The notes: generated by a model not told the origin, from the letters alone. Shown: positions 1-13,890, numbered from the stretch's first letter. The stretch is 64,000 nt of DNA from Octopus vulgaris (GCA_951406725.2 OX597823.1:94240001-94304000), one strand, 5' to 3'. Made by a program: numbers and translations.

Positions 1-531
1 AATGTGTGTTTATGCTGAACACCTGTTGTCCGGCGAAGGAAGAGTATGGCTGTCGACTGAGTCAATTGTAAAAATTGACCCACCGGAAGTTTTAACAAAC
101 GAAGGTAAGAATTGTTCTCTCACGGTTGTAGCAACAGCGAAAGAGGCAGTATGAAGACTAGGATAAAAGGGATTAAGACAGGCAACTTTATCTCCGGCCA
201 CGATTTACGATCATTTTTTACCCTTCATTTGAAAAGGAAGTTGTGGCTGGAGAAGAGGTGTCTGTCGGAGAGTATGTTCAAAAAGAGATGGAAGCATGCT
301 GCACGAGTGTTGTGCGTGCAAGAAACCGTGTGAATAAGTTATAAAAGAAAAACAAAAAATGGTACCAGCGATAGATTGGGATTTGTGGGGTCGGAGCGTG
401 GCCTGATCATCGCTATATTTGTGTTGTCTTTGTATTGTTAATTTCATTCGATTTTTTAAATATTTTATATAATTTTTATATTCATATTTAATGAAAAATC
501 GTAGCGCATTACTGATCCCAATCAGTTGTTT

Positions 532-785
532 TGTCCATTTCTGTGTTTGGCCCCCTGTGGGCAATAAAGAAATTGGTATTTCGTCTACCGTTACGTTCTA
601 AGTTCAAATTCCGCCGAGGTCGAGTTTGCCTTTAATCCTTTTGGGGTCGATTAAATAAGTACCAGTTATGCACTGTAGATATTGGATTTTAATCAATCCA
701 TGGTCGATGTAATCGGCTTAATCCCTTTGTCTGTCCTTGTTTGTCCCCTCTATGTTTATCCCGCTGTGGACAATAAAGACATAAA
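532..785 (+). mobile_element. Fragment of tRNA-derived SINE group A (core ...gcctttcatcctttcggggtcgataaattaagtaccag...)
   Basis: B-box-like agttcaaattccgcc followed by the core shared with many copies in this window. The core resembles the Meta/Nin-type SINE central domain (from recall). Confidence 0.8.
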
Positions 786-2774
786 AAGGTCATAATACTA
801 GCAGCAGAAAAGACAGAGAGAAGAAATAGCACACCTGTGGTCGAGAAACTACAACGAACCTGTGAGCGATTTTATGCTAATCACACCATTTTTTTTTAAT
901 GTTGTCCATCATTCTTTTCTACTCTAGACACAGGGCCCATGTCGTCCATTATTATAAGTGAAATGTTCTCGAAATAGCAAGTATATCCTCCGATTATGAA
1001 TTGCAAATTCACATGATACCGAATTTAAGAAATATATATAATACATTCACGAATTATTAGTGTTGCTCCAGGTGAGATTTGATCTCAGCTAACCAATCTG
1101 ACGTAACTACAGAATCTGTCCAAGAAAGTAGCTTCAAATTCTATCGTTTTGTGTCAAGTATTTAACTGATAGAGATACAAATTACAAATGTCTACGAAGG
1201 ACCAGAAATTTGGGGTTTATGAAGGTTGAATTATATTTGGCTTGACTGGCACTTAATTGTCGCTCCCAGAAGTAGGAAACGCAAAGTTGACGTCAAGTGT
1301 ATTTGAACTTCGAATGCTAACTGTTGAAACGAACACCGCAAAACAGTTTGGTTCTATGATTTATCGATTCTGCCAATCCATAACGTAAAAGAAGGAGTTG
1401 GTCTAACTGAAGTTCAGGGTCACATGTCTGTGAAGATATCTATAATCTGTGAAATGGAATGTCATCCAAATTTAATGGCCCCAGAAGTGTAAAATCACAA
1501 CCAGTCTCAACGCTAGAATTTGAAATCAAAACCTATGTGAAACTAACTACACACCACAAGGTGTTAATTTCACTACTGATTGTGATAAAGGTCTTTAATC
1601 TGCATAATGGTAACAAAGAACACTGTACGCTTACAATACGACATAACGCAAATATTCACACAGACATATGAATATAGTTTTACACAAACAATATTTTAAA
1701 ATAAAGATCTTTGAACAAATTTTATAAAACTATTTTATTTTATTTTAGTTTTGTTATTTAAAAATTTAATGGTCAAATTTATTGATAGTGGAATATAGCT
1801 CCTGTGAGGAGAGGAAATCAAGTTCTTGTGATGGTTAAATGCAAGAATACAGCATACACCATGTAGGATGTGTTATCTTTGATCTTTAAACGGCTTCGAT
1901 ATGTTTTTTCCCTTCTCTAGTCACCGTTTGTGAACCTCGTTGAAGAACACTTGTCTATGTTTAAAAATATCTACCAAAAAACAATGCCAAAAAAATCACT
2001 GTAGATCAAATTTTAAAACATTCCCATAAAGAACATTAATGAGTCGAGAATGGCAAATTTAGAAGGCCTATAGAAATATATGAGAATATTACAAACTGAC
2101 TTTCAATTCAAAAAAACCTTTTTCATGATAAAGGGTGAAAAAAAAAAATACGTCATTTTTTACTGCTTTGTTGTTTTAAATAAATTTGTCGCTGGAAGTA
2201 ATAAATTTTTCGAGTCATGTCTTCATAAAAGTTCTTTCATGTGTTATCAAAATAGAAAATGGATTTTTTCCACACTTTTTTCTCTTTTATTTAACTTTTT
2301 TGGCGTTTAAATGTACCAAAGATATGATATACTAAGCAGATTTTATATACCTGATTTAATGCTAAAATTTTGCCAAGTGCACAAAACTTTCATAAACACA
2401 TACCAACATATTAAAATAAAAGGTGACAAGATTCTGAAAAGCATGTTAATCTTTTATATAAAGCTCTGTAGGCACATGAAATATATTTCTAAATATTATA
2501 TATACATACATAAATATACATATATATGTATATATATATATATAGGTATATATGTGTGTATGTATGTATCTATGTATAAATTAATAAATGAAATTAAAAA
2601 TAGGTTCCAAAGAGAAGGAATAAGCTATTCAGTGATAATCGAAGCATCTTAAAAGATATTCAGTCCCTCCTTCATGAAAATGCTTTCTCTCAGGCAGCCT
2701 TTCCCCTTCTCTCTCACACTTTTCCTCTTAAAATATCGCTTTATCTCTCTCGCTTTTTATAATATATCTCTTGT

Positions 2775-2806
<32 letters not shown>

Positions 2807-3835
2807 TCAATTTTAGTTTTATGTAGAGCAGATAAGGCACACAATTCACCTACATCAATCATTGTCACCCAACTTTTATAAAGAATATTTATTCCGATCC
2901 TACTTTCTGCTTCAAGTAATACTTTAAAGGAGATAATGGTCGTCGGTTTTATGAGAGAGAAGATCTAATTTCAACCCTTTAAATCTAAACCACTTTTCTC
3001 ACAGACAAAACAAAATGCCTGCTTTTGTTGATAGAAAATTGGTTGAGGAACAGATCTACTGAAACATATAATATCATGCTAATGATATTGTTGCCAACTT
3101 GCTCATATCTGCTACTGCTACTACTATTTTTCCTGTACCATTACAGCTAATGATAAACGTCCTTTACTTTCGCCTACTCCTAATTTCTTCCTACCGTTAT
3201 GACTCCCAACATTAATCTCAACATTTTTCAAAATTTACTCAAATATAATATTGTTTCTCCGTGGATGTAAAAAGATTTGTATTTTCAACACTACCGTGTT
3301 ACCCTCGTGCTATAAAATATCGTTTGGAATATGCGTTGGACCATGTAGGTAAAATCAAATAATATTGTATAGATACAATATGTTTAATACTTTTGTTCGT
3401 TGCATACATAAAATTCATTCACATGAAAATACAGTAATGGAACAGAATATCATTAAAGTATTACGACATCACTTTAATTGATAGTTAAACTGTAGTAAAG
3501 TTGTTTATAACATAATTATCGAAAAAAGACGAGGAACATATTTTAGTTAATCATGTTTTTATCAAATAAATGTTTATCTTGAAAATTAGAGTATATTTCA
3601 TTATTTTGTAATGGAACCAAGAAAGAATATTGTACGTGTGCTAATATTACTTGATATTATACACAACCGCAAATATTGCTTTCCAGTGTTAACGAGTAAT
3701 ACTCTAGTGTTCAATATAAGCTAATATTTTAATCTGTGTACACTGAATAAGATTCTTGGGAATAAAACAATAATTTAAAATCCATGTTATCAACTAGTAA
3801 AGTATAAGTTTGACTTTATTTCAGTATTAGAAGGT

Positions 3836-4203
3836 GGTGCCACACCGTCGGTTGCGACGACGAGGGTTGATTCGATCAACGGAACAGCCTGCTCGAGAAA
3901 TTAACGTGCAAGTGGTTGAGCACTCCACAGACATGTGTACCCTTAACGTAGTTCTCGGGGAGATTTAGCGTGACACAGAGTGTGACAAGGCTGGCCTTTT
4001 GAAATACAGGTACAACAGAAACAGGAAGAAAGGGTGAAAGTTGTGGTGAAAGAGCACAGCAGGGTTCACCACCTGCCGGAGCCTCGTGGAGCTTTAGGTG
4101 CTTTCGCTCAATAAACATTCACAACGCCCGGTCTGGGATTCGAAACCGCGATCCTACGACCGAGAGTTTGCTGCCCTAACCACTGGGCCATTGCGCCTCC
4201 ACG
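3836..4203 (-). mobile_element. tRNA-derived SINE group B with 9-bp TSD
   Basis: Minus-strand head ggaggcgcaatggcccagtggttagg...ggtttcgaatccc carries A and B boxes. TSD ttagaaggt at 3827-3835 and 4204-4212. Homologous copies at 8355, 39917 and 58168. Confidence 0.88.
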
Positions 4204-4204
4204 T

Positions 4205-5493
4205 TAGAAGGTACATTCCAGATGTTTTGAGACTTTTTCAGGAGAGACATTTAAAGCAGCAAAAAGCGTCAGTCAAAGTAGGATCTTCTGACTTTAATCC
4301 ACTTGTATCGCTTCAGCCATTTTCTAAAGGCACCATGGAACTCTCCAGAGTGAAGATGTCCAGAACCCTTGCCGTGGCCCCTAAGCTTCTCTTTCAACCA
4401 AAAAATCAATGAAAACAAGGCCTGGAGTATAGCGAAAGCTAGGGAAAACCAATTTAGGTAACCACTTCTGTCAAGTAGCTGGTTACCAGGATGGCATTGT
4501 GGACTGGTGCATTGTCCTGGTGCAGGTGCCATTTACTCAAGTGGAAGAGCTCAAACCTTTCGCAACGAAATTTCCCTCATGAACTCCCTCAAAAGTACCA
4601 CAAAGAAATTTGTATACCGTTTGGCCAGAGGGAACCCATTGTATGCAGATTGTGCCCTTGCTGACAAAATAGGAGATCATCATGATCTTCCCAGTGGACA
4701 TGCTTTTTCTTGCCTTTTTCGGTCTAGGGGAGCCAGGATGCTTCCATTGCTCATTCTGTCTCTTGGTCTCTGGTCCATAACAGTAGACCCAGCTTTCGTC
4801 ACATGTTACCAGAGACTCAAGCACTCTTGGATTAGAGGTAATGAGTTCAACCATCTCCCCGATGCCACCAACCCGTCTTTCTTTCTGTTCATCACTGAGT
4901 ACCCAGCGAACGCACTTTGCACAAATGTTGCGCCCGTTTAGATCTTTATAATTAAATCGATAGACAGTTGTCACAGCAAATCCATTCTCTATGCTTATTG
5001 TCTTCATAGACACGAGACAGTCTTCATCCAGAAAACTGACTTTCCTCAAAAAATTTGATTCTCTAAGGCCTCTCTTCCTCTCACATCCCTCATCTTCTCT
5101 CATCTCCTCTCTGCCGTCCTTGAACCACTTGTGCCAGTGAATAACATTTATTTGGCTCATGCAAGTTAATCCATAATCAGTCTGGAGAATTTCATAAGCT
5201 TCTGAAGCGTCTGAGCCAAGTTTAACACAAAATTTTATTGCAGAGCGAGCTTCCGAATCGTCTTCACGTGCTGACTGCATTCTGTTAAATAGTCAGCTGT
5301 GACAAGCAGTGTTTAGTAGTGTATGTGTGTTCAATGTGTTGTTTCAGCTGTCTCATTCGATTTGGAATAAACAAAAGTTGGTGGCAGGTCAGCTTATTAC
5401 ATGTATAGTAATTATATACTAAAATTACAATTTTCTTAGACAGTTATATTTGCTTCTCCTAAAATTTTCTGAAACCTTCTGAAATGCATCTCG
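4205..5493 (-). mobile_element. Decayed mariner (DD34D-type) DNA transposon
   Basis: Degenerate TIRs (tagaaggtacattccagatg...ttcaggagag versus reverse complement tacgagatgcatttcagaagg...ttaggagaag) enclose a transposase ORF. Confidence 0.8.
4440..5280 (-). pseudogene. Mariner transposase pseudogene
   Basis: ORF 4537-5280 has an N-terminal HTH (AIKFCVKLG...WHKWFKDGRE), VTCDESWVYCY (first catalytic D) and WKHPGSPRPKK. The second-D motif WHLHQDNAPVH is in a shifted frame. The YSPDLAP/third-D region is not recognisable. Confidence 0.88.
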
Positions 5494-5544
5494 TATTCTG
5501 CGTGTACTGATGCAAGTTTAAAACAAATAATAAAAGGGTAAGTT

Positions 5545-5795
5545 ACTGTTTCCAGTCTTAGGGACTCAAAGGGCCGGATGCCAGGTTTTCATGGTAGATA
5601 AGTGACTGAAATCACAACCCCCCCCTCTCAACGGGACAGCACTCCGTCACAGCTTTACTCATTTACAGATGAGTAGACTCGACAAATGTGAAGTGAAGTG
5701 CTTAACTGCAAAGCACAAGACAGCGCCATCTCCGGGAATTGAAACCACGATCTTCCGATCGGGGATGCAACATCCAAACCACTGTGACACCGCAC
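5545..5795 (-). mobile_element. Decayed tRNA-derived SINE with a different 3' tail
   Basis: Minus-strand head gtgcggtgtcacagtggtttgg...ggtttcaattcccgg; body similar to the other group-B copies. Confidence 0.6.
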
Positions 5796-6371
5796 TTTCA
5801 TTTTCAAACAAGCAGGGCATCACCAAAACAGGCAGGTGGCGTGCCAAGCTTTCTCTAATCATCGCCTCGTCTGAAAATAACCACCAGCATGTGATTGATA
5901 ACAAAGCAACAGTCAACAGAATGTCATCTTTGATATGAAGTTGTTCATAAGGGGATGTGTTGGTTATCTCTTTGAACGGGAAATGACAATATCCTGAAGG
6001 TTGGCTTTAAAGGAGCGCGATTGGCAAAGAGAAAAAGAATAGGAGCAATAATCACTTATTGAAAATCAATGTTTATTGAACTGGAATCGTTGGGCAAAGG
6101 GGCGGATAGGGATGATGTGGACATAAACAATGCATAAAACAACGGCGAATCGCTAATAATTATAGAGAAGTGTTATAGAAGCTTTATATTGAGTTCTGTG
6201 AAAATCATTAAACGAAAGATAGAGAGAAAGAAATAGAGAGAGATGAGAATATCAACGGAATATAACGATGTGCAATATAGGTGTACATTAGGGAATCGTA
6301 ATATCGCCAACATCCAAAAGGGTCGTATACATTAGAAACAAATAAGATAACCACAACTACTACTTAAAAAC

Positions 6372-6658
6372 TGGTACTCCGTCGGTTGCGACGACGAGTT
6401 CCAGTTGACCTGATCGACAGAACGGCCGGCTAGCGAAATTAACATGCAAGTTGTTTACCCTCCACGGACATACGGGTTCTTAACGTAATACTCAAGAAGA
6501 TTCAGCGTGACACAGAATATGACACGGCTGCTGAGTGGATTGAGGTAACGTGAAATTAAGTGCCTTACTCAAAGACTCAGCGTGCCGCTGGGAATCGTTT
6601 TTCACGACCTTACGATTGTGTGCCGAAAACCCTGACCAATAAGCCACGCGCCTTCACA
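6372..6658 (-). mobile_element. SINE group B copy
   Basis: Tail ctccgtcggttgcgacgacgag shared with the 3836 copy; head gaaggcgcgtggcttattggtcagg on minus. Confidence 0.75.
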
Positions 6659-6845
6659 GTTACCATAAAAAATGCATAAAAAGGACGACATGCTAATAAT
6701 TATAAAGAAGATTTATAGACGCTTCATACAGAGTTTTGTGAGGATTATTAGACGAGAGACAGAAAGAAAGAAATTGGGAGAGATGAGAATAACAACGGAA
6801 TATAACGGTGTGCAATACGAGTGTATATTATATAGCCATAATATC

Positions 6846-7483
6846 ATTTTCTACCCTAGGCACAATGCCTGAAATTTGGCGGGAGGGGCCAGTCGATTAG
6901 GTCGACCCCAGTACGCAACTGGTACTTAATTTATCGACCCCGAAAGGATGAAAGGCAAAGTCGACCTCGGCGGAATTTGAACTCAGAACATAAAGACAGA
7001 CAAAATACCTATTTCTTTACTACCCACAAGGGGCTAAACACAGAGGGGACAAACAAGGGCAGACAAACGGATTAAGTCGATTACATCGACCCCAGTTCGC
7101 AACTGGTACTTTATTTATCTACCCCGAAAGGATGAAAGGCAAAGTCGACCTCAGCGGGATTTGAACTCAGAACGTAACGACAGACGAAATACCGCTAAGC
7201 ATTTCGCCCGGCGTGCTAACAGTTCTGCCAGCTCACCGCTTTACGAAATACCTATTTCTTTACTACCCACAAGGGGTTACACACAGAAAGGACAAACAAG
7301 GACAGACAAACGGATTAAGTCGATTATATCGACCCCATTGCGTAACTGGTACTTATTCAATCGACCCCGAAATGATGAAAAGCAAAGTCGACCTCGGCGG
7401 AATTTGAACTTAGAACATAATACAAACGAAATACCGCAAAGCACTTCGCCCGGCGAGCAACCGTTTCTGCCAGCTCACCGCCT
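6846..7483 (-). mobile_element. Concatenated SINE group A copies (three core units, two tRNA heads)
   Basis: Three copies of ...cgaaaggatgaaaggcaaagtcgacctcggcggaatttgaactcag.... Heads ggcggtgagctggcagaa end at about 7240 and 7483. Confidence 0.88.
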
Positions 7484-8230
7484 TGATATATAACCAACCT
7501 CCAACAAGTCCGTATACTCTGCAAGTAATACGATCATTTAGCAATAAGAACAAATAAGATAACTACTACTACTACAAAAATTGTAATAACACAACTACTA
7601 TCACAGCCCCTACTACAACCGATAACACCAGCATTGGCAATAATGCAATCCAAACTAAATAGATTTAATTCGACGACCATAGAAGGATAAAATGTGTAGT
7701 CAACTTTTGCACGATTTGAACCTAAAACCTACTTACGAACTCACGACAATAAATCCACCACGCAATTAATTCTGCCATTCACCACTTTTCTAGGTAACAC
7801 TAATAAAGTGATATTGTTTATAACATAGGCATAAGGCCAGATATTTCGGAAGAAATTTATAGCTTAACGTATTGTTTCTGAAGATGCAGCTGAGGGATTA
7901 ATAAATTTTCCGGTGTTTTAATGACCTCTGAGTGGCTCATTCCTCTCCTTTGAAATTTTTTTTTTTATTATTTCATTTAGTAATTTATTAAATATGTTTT
8001 ATTGATTTTTGTTTCGAAATTTAGGATCAGAGATTGTCTTGCGGCTCGAGTTTAGTGCTAATGCCATCTTCAGACGAGAATTATAAGACTCGATTCGTGC
8101 GACAAACTCTCCGATTCAATTTCAAAGTAAATAAAAATCATATGTCCTCTGCAAGATGTGTTGAGCACTCGTCTCTCATTCGACCACCATAAACTAACGA
8201 ATGTATGAACAGAGAGAGGGTTACATACAT

Positions 8231-8318
<88 letters not shown>

Positions 8319-8354
8319 GTATATATGTATATTTATGCGTTTATATATGTGTAT

Positions 8355-8654
8355 ATCACCGTGATCTCCGTGACCGACCAGGCTATCAGATGTTGCTACA
8401 CATCGCTGGTCACAATACGCTTCGCATTATTTTAGCTTTCATATGGCTAAGCGAGAAAGCCAACAGAAGAAAGAGTGAGAGAAAGTTGTGGCGAAAGAGT
8501 ACAGTAGGGATCGCCACCAGCCCTTGCCGAAGCCTCGTGGAGCTTTTAGATGTTTTCGCTCAATAAACACTCACAACGCCCTGTCTGGGAGACGAAACCG
8601 CGATCTCACAACCGCGAGTCCGCTGCCCTAACCACTTGTCCATGGCGTCTCCAC
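8355..8654 (-). mobile_element. SINE group B copy inside a (TA)n/(TG)n tract
   Basis: Head gtggagacgccatggacaagtggttagggcagcggactcgcgg. Tail ...ctgatagcctggtcggtcacgg is shared with the 58168 copy. Confidence 0.85.
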
Positions 8655-8663
8655 ATATGTATG

Positions 8664-8712
<49 letters not shown>

Positions 8713-9388
8713 GTATATATAAGTGTGTATACATATACATGCATATCCACACACACAAACACACACACACACACACACATACACACGCCTATAGTAGAAA
8801 AGATTATTATTGTTGTTGTTACTGTTGTTTTTGCTGCCGTTGTTATTGTTGCTTTATTTCTTATATTTACAGATTAACATCTTTTTGAGGAATCGTGTCA
8901 CCTTGTTTTTAATATGTCGTTGCGTGGTTTCAAAATTTTTGTACACTGGACAAAACTTTTTGCATTAAATCAGATATATGACAGCTGCCTGATACATCAT
9001 ATATTCGGTACATTCAAACGAAAAAACGAAAAGACACAAACAAAATATCCATATTCTGCTTTGATAACTTATCACATGAAATGACATTTACCAAGACATG
9101 TTCCGAAAATTTTATTTCCTTTCGCCAGAAATCTCTTTAACAGAATATCGACTCCAAAGCGCTAAATGTGAGAATTAACTTCAGTGGTCGTTGAACTTGG
9201 ATTATCACTAAGATGTAAACACCAGCAAGGTATTTCACAAATCCCTTTACTGGTTTAAATGCAGAATCTGGAATGATGACTTCATTAAATATTGCAACGA
9301 ATTCAATACGACTCTCTACCGCACACAAATCTGCTAACAACAACAACAACGATGATGATAATGATAATAATAATTATTATTATTATTA

Positions 9389-9520
9389 TTTCTTTACTGC
9401 CCACAAGGGGCTAAACATTGCCAGGAGGGACAAACAAGAACAGACAAAGGGAGTAAGTCGATTATATCGACCCCAGTGCGAAACTGGTACTTTATTTCTC
9501 GACCCCGAAAGGATGAAAGG
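9389..9520 (-). mobile_element. SINE group A fragment
   Basis: Matches group A core and tail (ctttactgcccacaaggggctaaac...cgaccccgaaaggatgaaagg). Confidence 0.75.
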
Positions 9521-9561
9521 TAATAATAATAATGATAATAATAATAATAGTAATAATAATG

Positions 9562-9614
<53 letters not shown>

Positions 9615-9761
9615 AAATAATAATAATAATAATAATAATGATAATAATAATGATTAATAATAATAATAATAATAATGATAATAATATTAATAGTAATAAT
9701 AGTAATGATAATAATAACAATAATAATAATAATAACAATAACAATAATGATAATAATAATG

Positions 9762-9797
<36 letters not shown>

Positions 9798-9829
9798 GAT
9801 AATAATAATGATAATAATAATGATTAATA

Positions 9830-9905
<76 letters not shown>

Positions 9906-9930
9906 TAATAATAATAATCATAATAATAAT
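9521..9930. repeat. (AAT)n microsatellite array with variant units
   Basis: Directly visible; about 400 bp. Confidence 0.97.
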
Positions 9931-10274
9931 AAACCGGACATAGGTTTAATTGAGAAAGAAAACAAACTATGCTGGATCATAGATGTAGCATGTACAGCTG
10001 ACAACAAGGTATGCGATAAGGAAGATAGAAAAGTTGAGAGATATGACAGGTTAGCTTGGGAAGTTAAGCAGTTGTTGTCGATGAAAAAGGTAGCAGTAGT
10101 ACCAATAACTGTCGGAGCCCTGGGAGCAGGGAGTAAAAATGCTGAGAAGTGCATGCAAACAAATAGGGGCTGCAATAAGGGTGGAGCACTTGCAGAATAT
10201 AACACTGCTTGGACCGCTCGAATACTCTGTTAAACACTGTAGTACATCTCCAGCGTTAGAAGCTGTGCAAAGAC

Positions 10275-10342
<68 letters not shown>

Positions 10343-10550
10343 TGATGATGATTAATAGTAATAATAATAATAATAGCCCCTTTTCCATGTTCTTCTTGAG
10401 ATTTTGAGCACTTGCAGAAAACAGCACTGCTTGGAACCGCTCGAATACTCCGGAAGGTGATCGAAAATTAAGAGGTGTTACCTTAGTTCACTGGGAGTGA
10501 ACAGCTGACACTGCAGTACATCTCCAGCGTTAGAAGCTGTACAAAAGGCA
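9931..10550 (+). mobile_element. 5'-truncated R4/Dong-type LINE (restriction-like endonuclease end) with a partly duplicated 3' tail
   Basis: Translation KPDIGLIEKENKLCWIIDVAC...KVERYDRLAWEVKQL...VVPITVGALG is the PD-(D/E)xK RLE domain. The tail gagcacttgcagaa...gtacatctccagcgttagaagctgt occurs at 10184-10270 and again at 10406-10550, each followed by (AAT)n. Confidence 0.85.
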
Positions 10551-10619
10551 ATAATAATAATAATAATGATGATGATGATGATGACAATAATAATGATGAT
10601 GATAATAATAATAATACTG

Positions 10620-10674
<55 letters not shown>

Positions 10675-10684
10675 AAATAATAAT

Positions 10685-10890
10685 GAGGAGGAGAAGGGTA
10701 GACGAGGTGGAAGAGGAGGTGGAGAAGGTAGAGGAGGGGGAGGAGATTGTGGAGGAGGAAGAGGAGGGGGAGATTGTGGAGGAGGAAAGGAGGGAGAGGT
10801 GATTGTGGAGGTGGAGGAGGAGGATATTGTGGAGGAGGAGGAGGATGGGAGATTGTGGAGGAGGAGGATATTGTGGAGGAGGAGGGGGTA
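10685..10890. repeat. Purine-rich (GGA)n-derived minisatellite with a recurring gagattgtggagg unit
   Basis: Directly visible. Confidence 0.85.
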
Positions 10891-10894
10891 GAAA

Positions 10895-11306
10895 AGTAAC
10901 GATACTCTGGGACTAGACGGATCATGTAATCGAACACGGTCGTCCGGATATTGTCATATCAGAGAGATAAATACTGTCAGATCCTATGAATGTTGTGAGT
11001 AAAGAGGTTGGAAAAAAATCGCCAAGTACTCTGAATTGAAAATGGAAATGGTAAGACTATGGAATGCGAAAGGGTAATGTAAAAGTGATACCAATGGTGA
11101 TTAGAACGTTGGGTTCCATCCCATTGAAACTTCAAAACTTCTTAAGGCAACTGGAAATCCCATGCAAGAATGATGTCTTGCAAAAACTAGAGTTATTGAG
11201 CACGTCGCACATCTTAAGGAAAGTATTATCTGTCTGAGGTCCTTGTTGGTGATTTGACAGATGACTAAAGACTCCGATGCATTGTTACCTACACTGAGTT
11301 ACGAAG

Positions 11307-11307
<1 letters not shown>
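10895..11307 (+). mobile_element. Second R4/Dong-type LINE 3' fragment
   Basis: Frameshifted ILWD..DHVIEHGRPDIVI...KIAKYSELKMEMVRLWNAK..VKVIPMVIRTLGSIP...LLSTSHILRKVLSV*, ending in (AAT)n. Confidence 0.8.
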
Positions 11308-11375
<68 letters not shown>

Positions 11376-11536
11376 TGTATTGTGCGAAGATATTTCGCTA
11401 CTGCCTCTGCCACATTCCCTCCCCAAGCTTCATTCTTTTATACTTCACTCGCCCCAGGATACTGGGTTGACCTCGGAAAGTGACTGTAACAAACATGCAG
11501 ATTAAAAGAAAAACAATGATAATAATAACAATAATC

Positions 11537-11589
<53 letters not shown>

Positions 11590-11591
<2 letters not shown>

Positions 11592-12088
11592 GTGTTATCA
11601 TGTACATTGTTTTTGTTTAGTATAAAAGAAGGACTACAGCAAATATTCCTCTCAATAGTGCAGATTTGCTTGTCAGTTGTTTGACCATAACCAGTTGACC
11701 ATGTCCCTTAGTGGCTGACGATATGTGCATCTCTGATCATGAGCAGAAGTAGTCGGGGAGCGTCAGAGCCATGTGTTGAGAGGGATTCTTTGGGGTTTGA
11801 ATAATTTACCTCTGGAAACATGGGTGTTTCATTCAACATCCTTAAACAATCCTTATTCAAGGACCTTTTGAGTGGGATGGGCTATTCGACCTGAAGAAAA
11901 TTCTAACTGGGCCCCACCTGCAAGGTCATGTGCTGTTTATCTTGATATGAGATCACGATGTCGCGCACACATGGTTGTGATGCATGTGTCTAGTGTACCC
12001 TTATCAGACAGGTAGTCATGATGGGTATACTGGGCTTCGTATATTTTACCCCAATGTCACTTTGATGTCATGCACTGCTCTCTCACTC
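11590..12088 (+). mobile_element. Unclassified ~540-bp non-coding element in (AAT)n, truncated copy
   Basis: Colinear with 14911-15454 but lacks its first ~50 bp. Ends ...ctctctcactc-(AAT)n. Confidence 0.8.
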
Positions 12089-12102
12089 AATAATAATAAT
12101 AA

Positions 12103-12164
<62 letters not shown>

Positions 12165-12599
12165 ATGTATAACAACAACAAACGCTAACGAACCCACCGG
12201 TATGCTAATCCTCTATTTCTTTATTTGTTTTCTTTTTCCTTTTTCTATAATGTTTGCAGTAAAATATTCTCTCTGCATGAGTTACTCGTTAGGTTGGGAT
12301 GTAGGCACATGTATAATGCATTTGTATTAATGCACATATAAATACGTGCCTATATGTAAATATATGCCTACATATAAATATTAGTTTTAATATGCAGATG
12401 TGTGTCTGTCAGTTAGATAAATAGAGAGAGAGAGAAAGAAAAGGAGGAGAAAAGATGGGAAATGTATATATTTTGTACGTATGTGATTTATTTGGAGAGC
12501 AAACTGCAAATATGTAATTTTAATAAACAGACTAGTAGGTAAGTTTTCAATAATTCTGAAGGACGATTTAAAATCTATTTATTCTGAACAGAAGATGAA

Positions 12600-12605
12600 T
12601 ATTTA

Positions 12606-12659
<54 letters not shown>

Positions 12660-12666
12660 GGGAATG

Positions 12667-12697
<31 letters not shown>

Positions 12698-13364
12698 TAT
12701 ATTATATATATATATATGCCTGTAGTCATACCTACGTATGTGTGTGTATATCTAATTATATAAGTGTATGTTTATGCAAAGATATACTTATACACAGACA
12801 CATGCATACGCATACACTCACATACACAATTGTATGTGTGGGCATGTGTACATATATACGTATACTGATATTTATGTATATATCTATATGTGTATACTTG
12901 TGTGTGACTGTGTGAGTGCATGTGTTTACGTACACGCTTAGGCATTTAGGACGTATATGCACGTACACACACACACATGTATTTACACACCAAACACATA
13001 CACACACACAAATATATACACATATGTATATATATGTAAATATATATATATATAATGTCCGTGTATGCATACATTTATAAATATATGCGTATGTGTTTAT
13101 ATGTGTATAAATGTATGTATATGCATACACATTACAGAAGTAATTATATACACTCACATACACATACCTGTACAATCAATAATACAAACACATATGTGAG
13201 TATATCTGTGTATGGATGGGTACATGTATGTATCTGTGTGCGTATGTATGTACATATACATGTATATATATCTATAGATACGTATACACATGTATACATA
13301 TGTATATATATAATAATATAAATAATATATATGTATGCATATATACATACATGTACATACCTAC

Positions 13365-13397
<33 letters not shown>

Positions 13398-13680
13398 TGT
13401 ATGTATGTATGTATGTATGAATGTATGCATGTATGTATGTATGTATGTGTGAGTATTTCAAACTATCTGAAGCCACCAAGAGTATTAAACTTATATTTAT
13501 ATGGAAATAAAGTCCTCGCTGTTGAGTTTGTTGCTTGCAGTAAGCTACAGATATCTTTCCATTTACTCACTAATGTATCTATAAAAATACTAATTTTATG
13601 CTAATTTTTATTAAATTTTATAAAAATATTTTTAAAAATCATATTCTTTATTTTCTTACGATCACCGCTTAAACGCTTAA

Positions 13681-13763
<83 letters not shown>

Positions 13764-13774
13764 TAGATAGATAG

Positions 13775-13815
<41 letters not shown>

Positions 13816-13843
13816 CATCTATACATACATATATACATATATA

Positions 13844-13885
<42 letters not shown>
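12600..13885. repeat. Compound (TA)n/(CA)n/(TATG)n low-complexity tract
   Basis: Directly visible; source of spurious Y/I/C/V-rich ORFs. Confidence 0.95.

Positions 13886-13890
<5 letters not shown>

Noticed and set aside
1-335. Possible decayed LINE (L2-like) or Penelope fragment on the minus strand
   Set aside because: Only vague motif resemblance in two different frames; cannot be assigned without a profile search.
8066-8105. cagacga-gaat...attc hammerhead-like start
   Set aside because: Followed by gtgcg rather than GAAA; not a complete motif.
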